Source: Endozoicomonas sp. SCSIO W0465 (lineage in GTDB: Bacteria; Pseudomonadota; Gammaproteobacteria; Pseudomonadales; Endozoicomonadaceae). From it: a stretch of 64,000 bases of DNA. The notes under the pieces are model-generated. The model made no database searches, was not told the DNA's origin, and worked only from the letters and a program-made list of their open reading frames with translations. Numbering within the stretch: the first letter of the stretch is position 1; the number at the start of each line of letters is the position of its first letter. Below, one piece after another: positions 10,008 through 18,473 of the stretch. The stretch lies in assembly GCF_023716865.1 (NCBI RefSeq), contig NZ_CP092417.1, positions 4,876,862 to 4,940,861 on the forward strand, written 5' to 3'. Made by a program: the position numbers and the translations under genes.

Positions 10008-10221
10008 TGGACATGTTCATTCTGAGAATTTTTTACATTTTAGCCGGTGTAGGGAAATTCTCAGATTGAGTGCTGAATGACGGGTCTATCTGGAAAACGG
10101 GGAAATTGTCGAGGAAGGGACTGCCGAACGATTTACCGCTCCAAGAACCCATGCTTTTCAACGTTACCTTCAACATTAATTCAACCACAAGCAAAAACCA
10201 GCTGTCAGTAAGGAAAGCCCG

Positions 10222-10998
10222 ATGAAAAAACTAGTTGCCGCTGTTGCCCTGGCCGGTGCTGCCATCACCTCCCTATCGTTTTCCGCGCCAGGCCAGGCTC
10301 AGGACACCATTCGCTTTGGCATGGAAGCGACCTACCCGCCTTTCGAGTTCTTTAATGAAAAGAATGAGCTGACGGGCTTTGACGTTGAACTGGCCACCGC
10401 CATCTGTGCTGAACTGGATACCACCTGTGAGTTCAGCAACCAACCGTTTGACAGCCTGATCCCCGGGCTTAAGTTCCGCCGGTTTGACGCGGTCATTTCC
10501 GGTATGGATATCACACCAAAACGGATGGAACAGGTCGCCTTTACCCAGCCCTACTATGAAAACTCAGCCATTTTTGTTGCTGCCAGCAAAAATGACTTTA
10601 AAGAAGCCAAGGATCTGATTGGTAAAACTGTCGGCGTACAAAATGGCAGTACCCACCAGGCCTACCTGATCGACAAACTGGAAAAGCAAGGCGTAAAAAC
10701 CCGTCCATACGACAGTTATCAGAATGCCCTGCTGGATATGACCAATGGCCGGGTTGACGCAGTTTTTGCCGATACGGCGGTTGCCCGTGAGTGGCTGGTT
10801 CAGCAGAGCAAAGGGCAATACCAGACAGTTGGTGAAGAAGTAAAGGATGCCAACTACTTCGGTATTGGTATGGGTATCGCTGCCCGTAAGGGTGACCTTC
10901 TGGTCGAAAAACTCAATACCGCACTGGCCGGGGTAAAAGAGAGTGGTCTTTACCAGCAGCTGCATGCCAAGTATTTCAACTCTGCAGAAGTGAGGTAA
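10222..10998 (+). CDS. periplasmic Lys/Arg/Orn- or His-binding protein (ArtJ/ArgT/HisJ family)
   Basis: Signal peptide, then the type-II PBP signature ([14 protein letters not shown]...[14 protein letters not shown]...[13 protein letters not shown]). Confidence 0.9.
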   Translation: MKKLVAAVALAGAAITSLSFSAPGQAQDTIRFGMEATYPPFEFFNEKNELTGFDVELATAICAELDTTCEFSNQPFDSLIPGLKFRRFDAVISGMDITPKRMEQVAFTQPYYENSAIFVAASKNDFKEAKDLIGKTVGVQNGSTHQAYLIDKLEKQGVKTRPYDSYQNALLDMTNGRVDAVFADTAVAREWLVQQSKGQYQTVGEEVKDANYFGIGMGIAARKGDLLVEKLNTALAGVKESGLYQQLHAKYFNSAEVR

Positions 10999-11000
10999 CT

Positions 11001-11720
11001 GTGAGCCTGACCGCTCTCTTCGCCCAAGCGACCGTGATGACCCTGGGGCTGGCCCTGTCATCACTGGCCCTTGGCCTGTTAATGGCCATGGCGTTTTCGC
11101 TTGCAGAACTCAGCCGTTACAAACCCCTTGCGCTGGCTGCCAGCACTGTGGTTGCGGTAATGCGCGGGCTTCCGGAAATTCTGGTGGTCTTTTTCATCTA
11201 TTTTGGCTCAACTCATGCGCTATTTCTGGTGACCGATGAGTTTGTTGAGATCAGCCCATTTGTTGCGGGTACTATTGCCCTGTCGTTAATTTATTCGGCC
11301 TACGCCTCACAAACGCTTCGTGGCGCTTTTATGGCTATCCCCAAAGGGCAAACCGAAGCGGCAGTGGCACTGGGGATCAGTCGCAGCCACTGTTTTTTCC
11401 GCATCATCCTGCCGCAGACCTGGCGTCATGCTCTGCCCGGTTTGGGTAACCAATGGCTGGTTCTTCTGAAAGATACTGCGCTGGTCGCCCTGATTGGTGT
11501 CCATGACCTATTGCTCCAGGCCAGGATGACCGCTGCCAGCACCTATGAGCCATTTACCTGGTATGGTGTTGCTGCCTTGATTTACCTGGCAATTACCCTG
11601 ATCAGCCAAAGCGTACTGGAGCGGATGAAATCACGCGCTAATCGACACCTGACTTCCAGTCACAACACTGCTGAAATATCGGTTGAAAAAGCAGTAAGCC
11701 CCAGTGAGGCTACCCCATGA
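11001..11720 (+). CDS. polar amino-acid ABC permease (HisQ/ArtQ-like)
   Basis: GTG start 2 nt after the binding-protein stop. EAA-loop region ([22 protein letters not shown]). Has an unusual ~28-aa C-terminal tail. Confidence 0.85.
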   Translation: MSLTALFAQATVMTLGLALSSLALGLLMAMAFSLAELSRYKPLALAASTVVAVMRGLPEILVVFFIYFGSTHALFLVTDEFVEISPFVAGTIALSLIYSAYASQTLRGAFMAIPKGQTEAAVALGISRSHCFFRIILPQTWRHALPGLGNQWLVLLKDTALVALIGVHDLLLQARMTAASTYEPFTWYGVAALIYLAITLISQSVLERMKSRANRHLTSSHNTAEISVEKAVSPSEATP

Positions 11721-11920
11721 ATATGGACTATTTACCGGAGCTGCTGAAAGGTCTTGGAACCACAATGGAACTCACGCTGGCCAGCCTGTTTACCGGGCTC
11801 GTGCTGGCTATCCTGTTCACCACTGTACTTTCCCTGAAAGTAAGGGCTCTGACCTGGCTGGTCAAACTTCAGATTTTACTCTTTACCGGCACGCCACTGC
11901 TGATCCAGATATTTCTGATT

Positions 11921-13032
11921 TAGGACTTACGCATTGACAACAGGCTCTAAAATTTGATAATGCCAAAAAACAGATGTCTTCAGGGATGAAAGTGAGAACT
12001 ACCACTCGACCGACCACTGCACGATGCACTCTTGCAAAATACATTGGCTTTTTGATTAGTGAGCCAAAATCATCAACATGCACAAGACTGGCCGAGGTTA
12101 CCGACTTTTCTCACGATAGCGCAAACCGCTTTCTTAAGCGTGAAAACTATCAGCCCAAAGATATGTACGATGAAGCAGTCAAAAGTTTAAACCCTATTGG
12201 CGGCACCCTGAGCGTTGATGACAGCGTGCTCGACAAACCTTATAGCTACTCCGTGGCACTGGTTGGCCACTTTTGGTCGGGTAAACATCACCGAGTGGTT
12301 AAGGGAGTTAACCTCATCACCCTTTATTACACCGACGTATCCGGGCGCCATATGCCGGTGAATTACAGGATATACGACAAATCGGAAGACAAGACAAAAA
12401 ACGACTACTTCCGTGAAATGTTGATTGAAGTGCTGGTATGGGGGCTGAAGCCAGCGTTCGTTACCGGTGACTCCTGGTACAGCTGCACGACTAACCTGAA
12501 GACGATTAAAAACCATCAGACTGGGTTTATGTTTGCCGTTGAGAAAAACAGGACAGTATCACTGGAAAAAGGTAAATGGCAGCAGGTTCAACACCTCGAC
12601 ATCCCCGACAATGGTCTGGATGTATGGCTCAAAGACTTCGGTAAGATCCGGTTGTTCAGGACGATGCTAAAAGACCAGCGTCGCCACTACGTGGTTTACT
12701 TGCCAGAGGAAGTCCCTTTTGAACGCAATGACTTCAAGCAGATCCATGACCAGCACTGGCAGATCGAACAGTTTCACAGGGCGATCAAGCAGGTTTGCCA
12801 TATTGAGCACTTTCAGGTTCGCAGCGAACGACCCGTCAGAAACCATATATTTGCTGCAATTTTAGCTTTTGTTTATCTCCAGAAAATGCAGATAGAGCAG
12901 GAGTTTACGAATATTTATCAGCACCAACGGGGGCTGTTTAAAGAGACAATAGGCGCTTTCATTGAGAGTTTTGCAAAGGGGAAGGATCACCTCCTACCAA
13001 AATTTATCGGTGTCATCAATGCGTAAGTCCTA
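11921..13032 (+). mobile_element. IS701-family-like insertion sequence (IS4 superfamily)
   Basis: 17-bp perfect IRs TAGGACTTACGCATTGA (11921-11937; reverse complement at 13016-13032). 5-bp TSD TGATT (11916-11920 and 13033-13037). Confidence 0.75.
11974..13026 (+). CDS. DDE transposase (IS701-like)
   Basis: 350 aa filling the IS. C-terminal signature HWQIEQFHRAIKQ. The N-terminal region (RLAEVTDFSHDSANRFL) resembles IS701/DDE_5 transposases. The family assignment is from memory. Confidence 0.75.
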   Translation: MSSGMKVRTTTRPTTARCTLAKYIGFLISEPKSSTCTRLAEVTDFSHDSANRFLKRENYQPKDMYDEAVKSLNPIGGTLSVDDSVLDKPYSYSVALVGHFWSGKHHRVVKGVNLITLYYTDVSGRHMPVNYRIYDKSEDKTKNDYFREMLIEVLVWGLKPAFVTGDSWYSCTTNLKTIKNHQTGFMFAVEKNRTVSLEKGKWQQVQHLDIPDNGLDVWLKDFGKIRLFRTMLKDQRRHYVVYLPEEVPFERNDFKQIHDQHWQIEQFHRAIKQVCHIEHFQVRSERPVRNHIFAAILAFVYLQKMQIEQEFTNIYQHQRGLFKETIGAFIESFAKGKDHLLPKFIGVINA

Positions 13033-13772
13033 TGATTTATTACGGCCCGGCTCAATTTGCTGTCATCAAAAACAGCGTTCTGTGGCCCTGGTTAAGCCAA
13101 CCCTGGTTCTGCGCCATGCTGGCCCTCGCCCTGAACTCAGCCGCCTATTCCACCTTGCTGTTCAAGGGAGCCATTGATGCCGTGCCAAAAAGCGACTGGG
13201 AAGCCTGTATGGCACTGGGCATGACACACAGACAGGCACTGCTGCGGGTTATCCTGCCCCATGCCGCGCGCCGGGCACTCCCAGCCTATGGCAACGAAAT
13301 TATCCTGGTTATGAAAGGTTCATCACTGGCCAGTACCATTACGTTGATGGATTTGATGGGCTATGCAGCCAGACTGAATGCACAAACTTACGACACATTA
13401 ACTGTGTTCACCATGGCCGGCCTGATTTACCTGGCCATGACGGGTGTTATGACAGTATTGATCCGCTTTATGGAACACAAAGTTCTGGCATTCAACCGTT
13501 GACCTGTATTGGCGACTGATGAGAATGCGGCTTTTTCCAGTTCCCCGGGAGCCTGTATCTTTGCATCGCAATGAACCGCTCATTCCGATCCTGGCTATCT
13601 GGATCACAGACCGGTTTTTTACAGATACCTGACTGCTGACTACAATTGTCGGTGGTCATCCGGGTCATTGTTTTCTGGAAACCCATAGAACAACATCATG
13701 GAAACGTCGAAAAGCCTGGCTGACACCTTCCACGGATAAAACAGTCAGGCACATCGGGTACATATTTCAGCA

Positions 13773-14948
13773 ATGATCAAACTAGTGAGTTGTGTGGTAC
13801 CATTTTTCGTTATCATCAGCTATGAGCTGTTGGCCGACAAAAGTCATGCTGACACTGGGGGGGACATTGAAAGTGCTATAGAAAGCGCTATTGAAAGCGT
13901 CGATACGTTTTACGGGACAATATCGCTTGCGGCAATGGAACATGATCAATCACAGCTGCTTTCATCCCTTCTGGTCAACCCGGCGTTCAACAGGCTGAAA
14001 CATATTAACCAGTATGGCCCCATCCAGATGGTGGATTCACAGAACAATAACAATGAACCCTACTCCCGTTATGACCACTCCCTGGGCGTCTTCTATTTGC
14101 TTAACCGTTTCGGTGCATCATTCCCTGAACAGGTCAGTGGCCTGCTCCATGACCTGCCCCACAGCACCTTCAGTCATGTTTCAGACTACCTGTTTTCCGA
14201 CAGTTCAGCAGGCAACCCGGATTATCACGATTCACAGTTCATCCAATTTGTGAATAGCTACAACATTGCCCCCATTCTGAACAGATACCGCCTGTCACCT
14301 GAAATGATAGACCCGAAAAATAATCCCTCGTTTACCCGGCTGGAACGGCCACTGCCAGACCTTGCCGCTGACCGGCTTGATTATATTGTGCAGGGGGCAG
14401 CCAGACGAAAAAAGCTTACCGATCAACAGGTAGGCACTATTCTGGCCGATCTTTTCTTTGACCCGCTATCGAAACACTGGTATTTCAGAAGTCAGGAATC
14501 CGCACGGCTAACTGCCGATGCCAGCATTGAGCTGAACAGGCATATTTTTGTTACCGCCTGGGGACGGGTTCTCTATCTCTGGACAGCCGAGGCCCTGAAA
14601 CAGCTGGTTATGACAGGAGAACTGCAGCCCGATGATCTTTTTTTTACCATGGGTGACGATCAGGTCTGGCAAAAAATACACCAAAGCACCTTGCCCGCTG
14701 TGCGGATATTAGCTGCGCAGATGCTGACAGCCTGGCATAAGGTACATGAGGTCACCCAACCGGGGGCAAATACCATCACCTTTGAAAATGTCCGCTGTCG
14801 TATTGTTGACCCAAGAGTGGTAACCACCCGTTGTGGCAACCGGGTGACTGGCTGGCTGCGTGTTTCAGATATCGACCCGGCATTCAGGGACCGTTATCTT
14901 ACCGAACTGAAACGATGCCAGCTTTTCTATGCGGAGATTGAGCCATGA
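13773..14948 (+). CDS. HD-domain metal-dependent phosphohydrolase with an N-terminal hydrophobic leader
   Basis: Motifs YSRYDHSLGV ... GLLHDLPHSTFSH ... ADRLDY (the H...HD...D arrangement of the HD superfamily). N-terminus MIKLVSCVVPFFVIISYELLA. Contains an IESA x3 tandem repeat. Confidence 0.7.
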   Translation: MIKLVSCVVPFFVIISYELLADKSHADTGGDIESAIESAIESVDTFYGTISLAAMEHDQSQLLSSLLVNPAFNRLKHINQYGPIQMVDSQNNNNEPYSRYDHSLGVFYLLNRFGASFPEQVSGLLHDLPHSTFSHVSDYLFSDSSAGNPDYHDSQFIQFVNSYNIAPILNRYRLSPEMIDPKNNPSFTRLERPLPDLAADRLDYIVQGAARRKKLTDQQVGTILADLFFDPLSKHWYFRSQESARLTADASIELNRHIFVTAWGRVLYLWTAEALKQLVMTGELQPDDLFFTMGDDQVWQKIHQSTLPAVRILAAQMLTAWHKVHEVTQPGANTITFENVRCRIVDPRVVTTRCGNRVTGWLRVSDIDPAFRDRYLTELKRCQLFYAEIEP

Positions 14949-14959
14949 TTGAGCCATCA

Positions 14960-16348
14960 TCAAAAGGCAGCAAAATCATAGTCAAGCCAGATACGCAAGT
15001 CATTCTCCTCTTTATTAATGGCCTGACGTAAGGCCGGGTCATTATGGTACAGTCCGAATTTCAGTTTGAAGGTTAACCCTTTCGGCAGAGGCTCCGGTAA
15101 ATACCAGACCATAAAGACATCATGTTCATACTCTGAAACTCTTACCTGTCGCTGCTCACTTGTGGTTACTCTCATGCCGCTACCATAATGGAAAGCATAC
15201 CCTGCGTTCAGGCCCTTGATTCCGAAAGATGAAAAGTCATAAGTGATCCCCGCTTTCATAACTGTTTCACCGTCGTACATCATATCTTCTGCTATACCAT
15301 TGGTGTGGATATTCCAGAAACCATGGGTATTGGCTCCCAGATCGTAATAGTACGAACCCGGCGGGGCATAACCGCTTATACCGTACTTTAAAACAGAAGA
15401 ACGGGCATTATAGTGACTGATGGCAGCGTCAAAAGACCAGCCTGAGGGCATACTCAGACGACCATGTACATTGATCACACTGGCATAATCATCGAACAGA
15501 GGACTGCCTCCCCAGCCGGTCCCCTGCCATAAGTCACCGTCTTTTTCAGTGTGGAAATAACGGACACCGAGGGAAAGATCCCGGCCAGAATCCAAAAATG
15601 TCGTCAGCAGAACATCCAGATTGTGGGCCTGAAGATAGTCTTTGGCAAAGCCATTTCGATATGCCAGAAATAATTCACTGTCTGCCAGCACGGGCATCCG
15701 ATAAAAAACTTCGCCACCGATAATATAATCGATTACCTGATTCTGTTCCGGATTCTGTTCCGGGAAATTGGTCAGCCGGTGAAAACCCGCCTGATTCCGC
15801 AACGACATGCGATTCACCAGAGCGAGCCCAAGCTGCAGATTGCCCGCTGCCATTTTCAGGTTATAGCCCTGCCAGCTACTGGGTACACTTCTTGAACTGG
15901 AGCCGGAAATCAATCCCGTTTTCAAAATTTGCCGGCCAATCGTCAAACTGACAAGGTCCTTGTCACTCTCGGATAAAGGCACCTGCAACCGGACATAAGC
16001 CTGCCCCAGCTTGGCAAAACCTTCATTGGCATCGTTCAGCAACTGGTAAGAGCATCGGCTGGAACAGCCATCTGAATCAGCCAATTCCAACCGGGCAACG
16101 CTAAAAAAACCGGCTCCCAGGACAAGATCGTCAGTTAATGGAGTGATCTGGCCATCGAGCCAAAGCGCTGTCGTCCATGCTCCGGTACGCTTATTAGTCT
16201 CCAGATTGTCCACATTGTAGAAAACCGTTCGCAGCTTTCCGTCAAGCTCCAGTAGCTGCGCATCAGTCGCTGCGGCATCCCCATGGGCAGAAAAATTGAA
16301 CAGGGAGAGGGATAAAAACCAGGCCACAACGCATGGATAGAGTCTCAT
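14960..16348 (-). CDS. outer-membrane porin, OprD-family-like
   Basis: Signal peptide, 462 aa, alternating beta-strand pattern rich in Y/G/D/N, C-terminal ...DYDFAAF. Size and composition fit OprD-type porins. Confidence 0.65.
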   Translation of the reverse strand: MRLYPCVVAWFLSLSLFNFSAHGDAAATDAQLLELDGKLRTVFYNVDNLETNKRTGAWTTALWLDGQITPLTDDLVLGAGFFSVARLELADSDGCSSRCSYQLLNDANEGFAKLGQAYVRLQVPLSESDKDLVSLTIGRQILKTGLISGSSSRSVPSSWQGYNLKMAAGNLQLGLALVNRMSLRNQAGFHRLTNFPEQNPEQNQVIDYIIGGEVFYRMPVLADSELFLAYRNGFAKDYLQAHNLDVLLTTFLDSGRDLSLGVRYFHTEKDGDLWQGTGWGGSPLFDDYASVINVHGRLSMPSGWSFDAAISHYNARSSVLKYGISGYAPPGSYYYDLGANTHGFWNIHTNGIAEDMMYDGETVMKAGITYDFSSFGIKGLNAGYAFHYGSGMRVTTSEQRQVRVSEYEHDVFMVWYLPEPLPKGLTFKLKFGLYHNDPALRQAINKEENDLRIWLDYDFAAF

Positions 16349-16535
16349 ACAAAGCTACCGACACTGCCAGAAGAATCAGGTTAAAAGTCGTCAGGAGTCG
16401 TGTGGGCAATACACAGATCTGCATGAAAACCCCACTCCCCGATGTCGTTACCTGCCCGTTACCCGGGAAACGGAACCGGCATGTTCATGCAGCCGGCGCG
16501 GGGAGCGGGCAGGGTTTATTGCAGAACAGCGCTGC

Positions 16536-18044
16536 TCATTCCATATGCTTCTTATCTGTGATTTCCGAAAATCGCCTGCCCAACGACCGGGCAGATGCAA
16601 TCCAGACCGCGAAGAAGCAGAGGACAATCACCGCAACGTAGGGTGCAATGGCAGACAGTGACCCCAACATCACCATCAATACCTGCTGTATCAGTGAGCC
16701 CGTTGATTTCCCGGTGGGATTACCAATAATATCCACGGCAGCCTTACCCTTTACCTTTTGTTCCGGCGTCAGGGGGATATAACTCATCTCCTTGGTGGGA
16801 TCGAACAACGCGTATTTGGTCGATTTACTCAAAATATTTTGTATTGCCCCCAAAATAACTGTCAGCATTAGTGGTGCCACCCCCAGGGTAAGCATCAGGC
16901 TTTCAGGCAACCAGTCCCGGAACAGGACAAAACAGAAAAACAGAGACCCGGTGATCAATAATATTACCGGTGTACACAGTGCCGCGAATGTCCAGCCAAA
17001 ATAGCGGATCACATTGTTTGTAAGAAACAGCATCATCAAGATCGTCACCAACCCGGTGCAGGTTGAAAACAGTCCCATAAACTGATTGTAATTGTTCGGG
17101 TCAGGAAACTGCATGCGGAGCTGATTTTTCCAGGTAACCTCCACCATGTTGATGCACACCCCATAACTGATCACCAGCAGGGCAATGCACAAGAGATATC
17201 TGGAATGAATAATCATTTTGAAGCTGTCACGCAGGGACAGGCTCAGTTTTTCATTGGCTGGCTCATGGCTGCCCAGCTGATGGTATAAGCCGGGGTCACT
17301 CAGGACGTAACGATTCATCCACCAGTAAATCAAAATAATCAAAACCCCACCCAACGTCAGCACACCGGTCATCAGATTAAGGGAATAACCCCAGCAATCC
17401 ACCCCTTCGGGCAGGTTCTCCCTGACTCCGGAGGCCACGTAGACAAAATAGCCTGCGGTGGGAAGCGCCAGATTCCCCATCATGCCAAACAAGGCATAAA
17501 ACCGTTTTGACTCGGCAATGGTGTTGATATGATTGGCAAATCCCCAGAACAGCATGGACAGGCAGACACTGCCCCATAACTCCGACATAACATAAAACAG
17601 GGAGAAGGTCCAGTTACGCATCACCGCAATCAGGCCCTTGAACCCCGGTGGTAAAACACTTTGCAGGTAATCCGATGAGGCATGAAAATGAAGACTATCC
17701 CGGTTGGGGTAGAGCCAGAGGGCAAAAAAAACAAAGAAAAGGATAAATGTGGCTATAACCAGGTAAAAAAGGGTATTCCTCCTGACCAGGTTACTCATTC
17801 GCGAATAAATCAGGGTAAACCCGATGGCAAAAGGAACATTAACCCAGAGTTTCAGAAATGGAATAATTTCGGCACCGGAACCGGCACCGGTGACGACCAG
17901 GGTATCTTTAGTATCCCTGAGAATCGTATAATTAAAAAGAATCAGGTAAAACATCAAAATCATCGGAATAAGCTTTTTCAACTCATGACTGTGAACCGGC
18001 CAGAACCGCTCCCGCCATTTGCCAAACTCAGGATCAGAACTCAT
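16536..18044 (-). CDS. nucleotide transporter (NTT family; ATP/ADP translocase Tlc/Npt-like)
   Basis: 502 aa with about 12 TM segments. The N-terminus WPVHSHELKKLIPMILMFYLILFNYTILRDTKDTLVVTGAGSGAEIIPFLKLW is closely collinear with my recollection of chlamydial Npt1 and rickettsial Tlc N-termini. Confidence 0.85.
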   Translation of the reverse strand: MSSDPEFGKWRERFWPVHSHELKKLIPMILMFYLILFNYTILRDTKDTLVVTGAGSGAEIIPFLKLWVNVPFAIGFTLIYSRMSNLVRRNTLFYLVIATFILFFVFFALWLYPNRDSLHFHASSDYLQSVLPPGFKGLIAVMRNWTFSLFYVMSELWGSVCLSMLFWGFANHINTIAESKRFYALFGMMGNLALPTAGYFVYVASGVRENLPEGVDCWGYSLNLMTGVLTLGGVLIILIYWWMNRYVLSDPGLYHQLGSHEPANEKLSLSLRDSFKMIIHSRYLLCIALLVISYGVCINMVEVTWKNQLRMQFPDPNNYNQFMGLFSTCTGLVTILMMLFLTNNVIRYFGWTFAALCTPVILLITGSLFFCFVLFRDWLPESLMLTLGVAPLMLTVILGAIQNILSKSTKYALFDPTKEMSYIPLTPEQKVKGKAAVDIIGNPTGKSTGSLIQQVLMVMLGSLSAIAPYVAVIVLCFFAVWIASARSLGRRFSEITDKKHME

Positions 18045-18473
18045 TCAGAAACCTCCAAAACAAATAACGTCTCCCCTTTAACGGTCAAAAAGAGACCGCA
18101 GATAAACAAACCCGGAAGTCCACTATCAATTTGGAAACCTGTTGATGAGCCATGTTCAGCCCATCACCGGAGGAGGTTACCGGAGAAAAACACTCCCTGA
18201 CCCCTCTATTCAACCTTGAAAGAACAGTTAAAATAATGGTTATTCCAATCAATTACCAGCGGCAAAAAAAAAACAAAATAAAAAACTTTATACGCTGTTT
18301 CATTCGGACAAACAAATCATCAAAGCATTAAATTCAGGTAAAAAAACTCCAAATAAATCATCATTCATTTTCATAAGAAAACTAAAAATATAAAGAATAA
18401 ATATTTATCACCAACATGCTCATTACAGCCTACTTTGAATGGTTAGACATTTATCACTCCGGTTTTTATCTCA

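Larger units (their letters stand above)
6420..10083 (-). mobile_element. IS1634-family-like insertion sequence carrying a nested group II intron
   Basis: 14-bp perfect terminal IRs CCGTCATTCAGCAC (6420-6433; reverse complement at 10070-10083). 6-bp direct repeat GTCTAT at 6414-6419 and 10084-10089; the boundary is ambiguous by 1 nt. Without the intron the element would be about 1.74 kb. Confidence 0.8.
5772..10179 (+). pseudogene. Arg/His-type polar amino-acid ABC transporter ATPase (ArtP/HisP-like), split by a 3664-bp IS insertion
   Basis: Walker [10 protein letters not shown], signature [15 protein letters not shown], Walker [13 protein letters not shown]. The frame leaves the family sequence after ...KIASRVVY at 6419. 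The missing C-terminus LENGEIVEEGTAERFTAPRTHAFQRYLQH* resumes in frame at 10090-10179. Joining 5772-6419 to 10090-10179 restores one ORF. Confidence 0.85.
11717..13502 (+). pseudogene. polar amino-acid ABC permease (HisM/ArtM-like), split by a 1112-bp IS
   Basis: ATGA overlap with the upstream permease gene. The frame ...GTPLLIQIFLI stops at the IS end (11921). It continues in frame as YYGPAQFAV...EACMALGMTHRQALLRVILP from 13038. Joining 11717-11920 to 13038-13502 restores one ORF. Confidence 0.85.
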
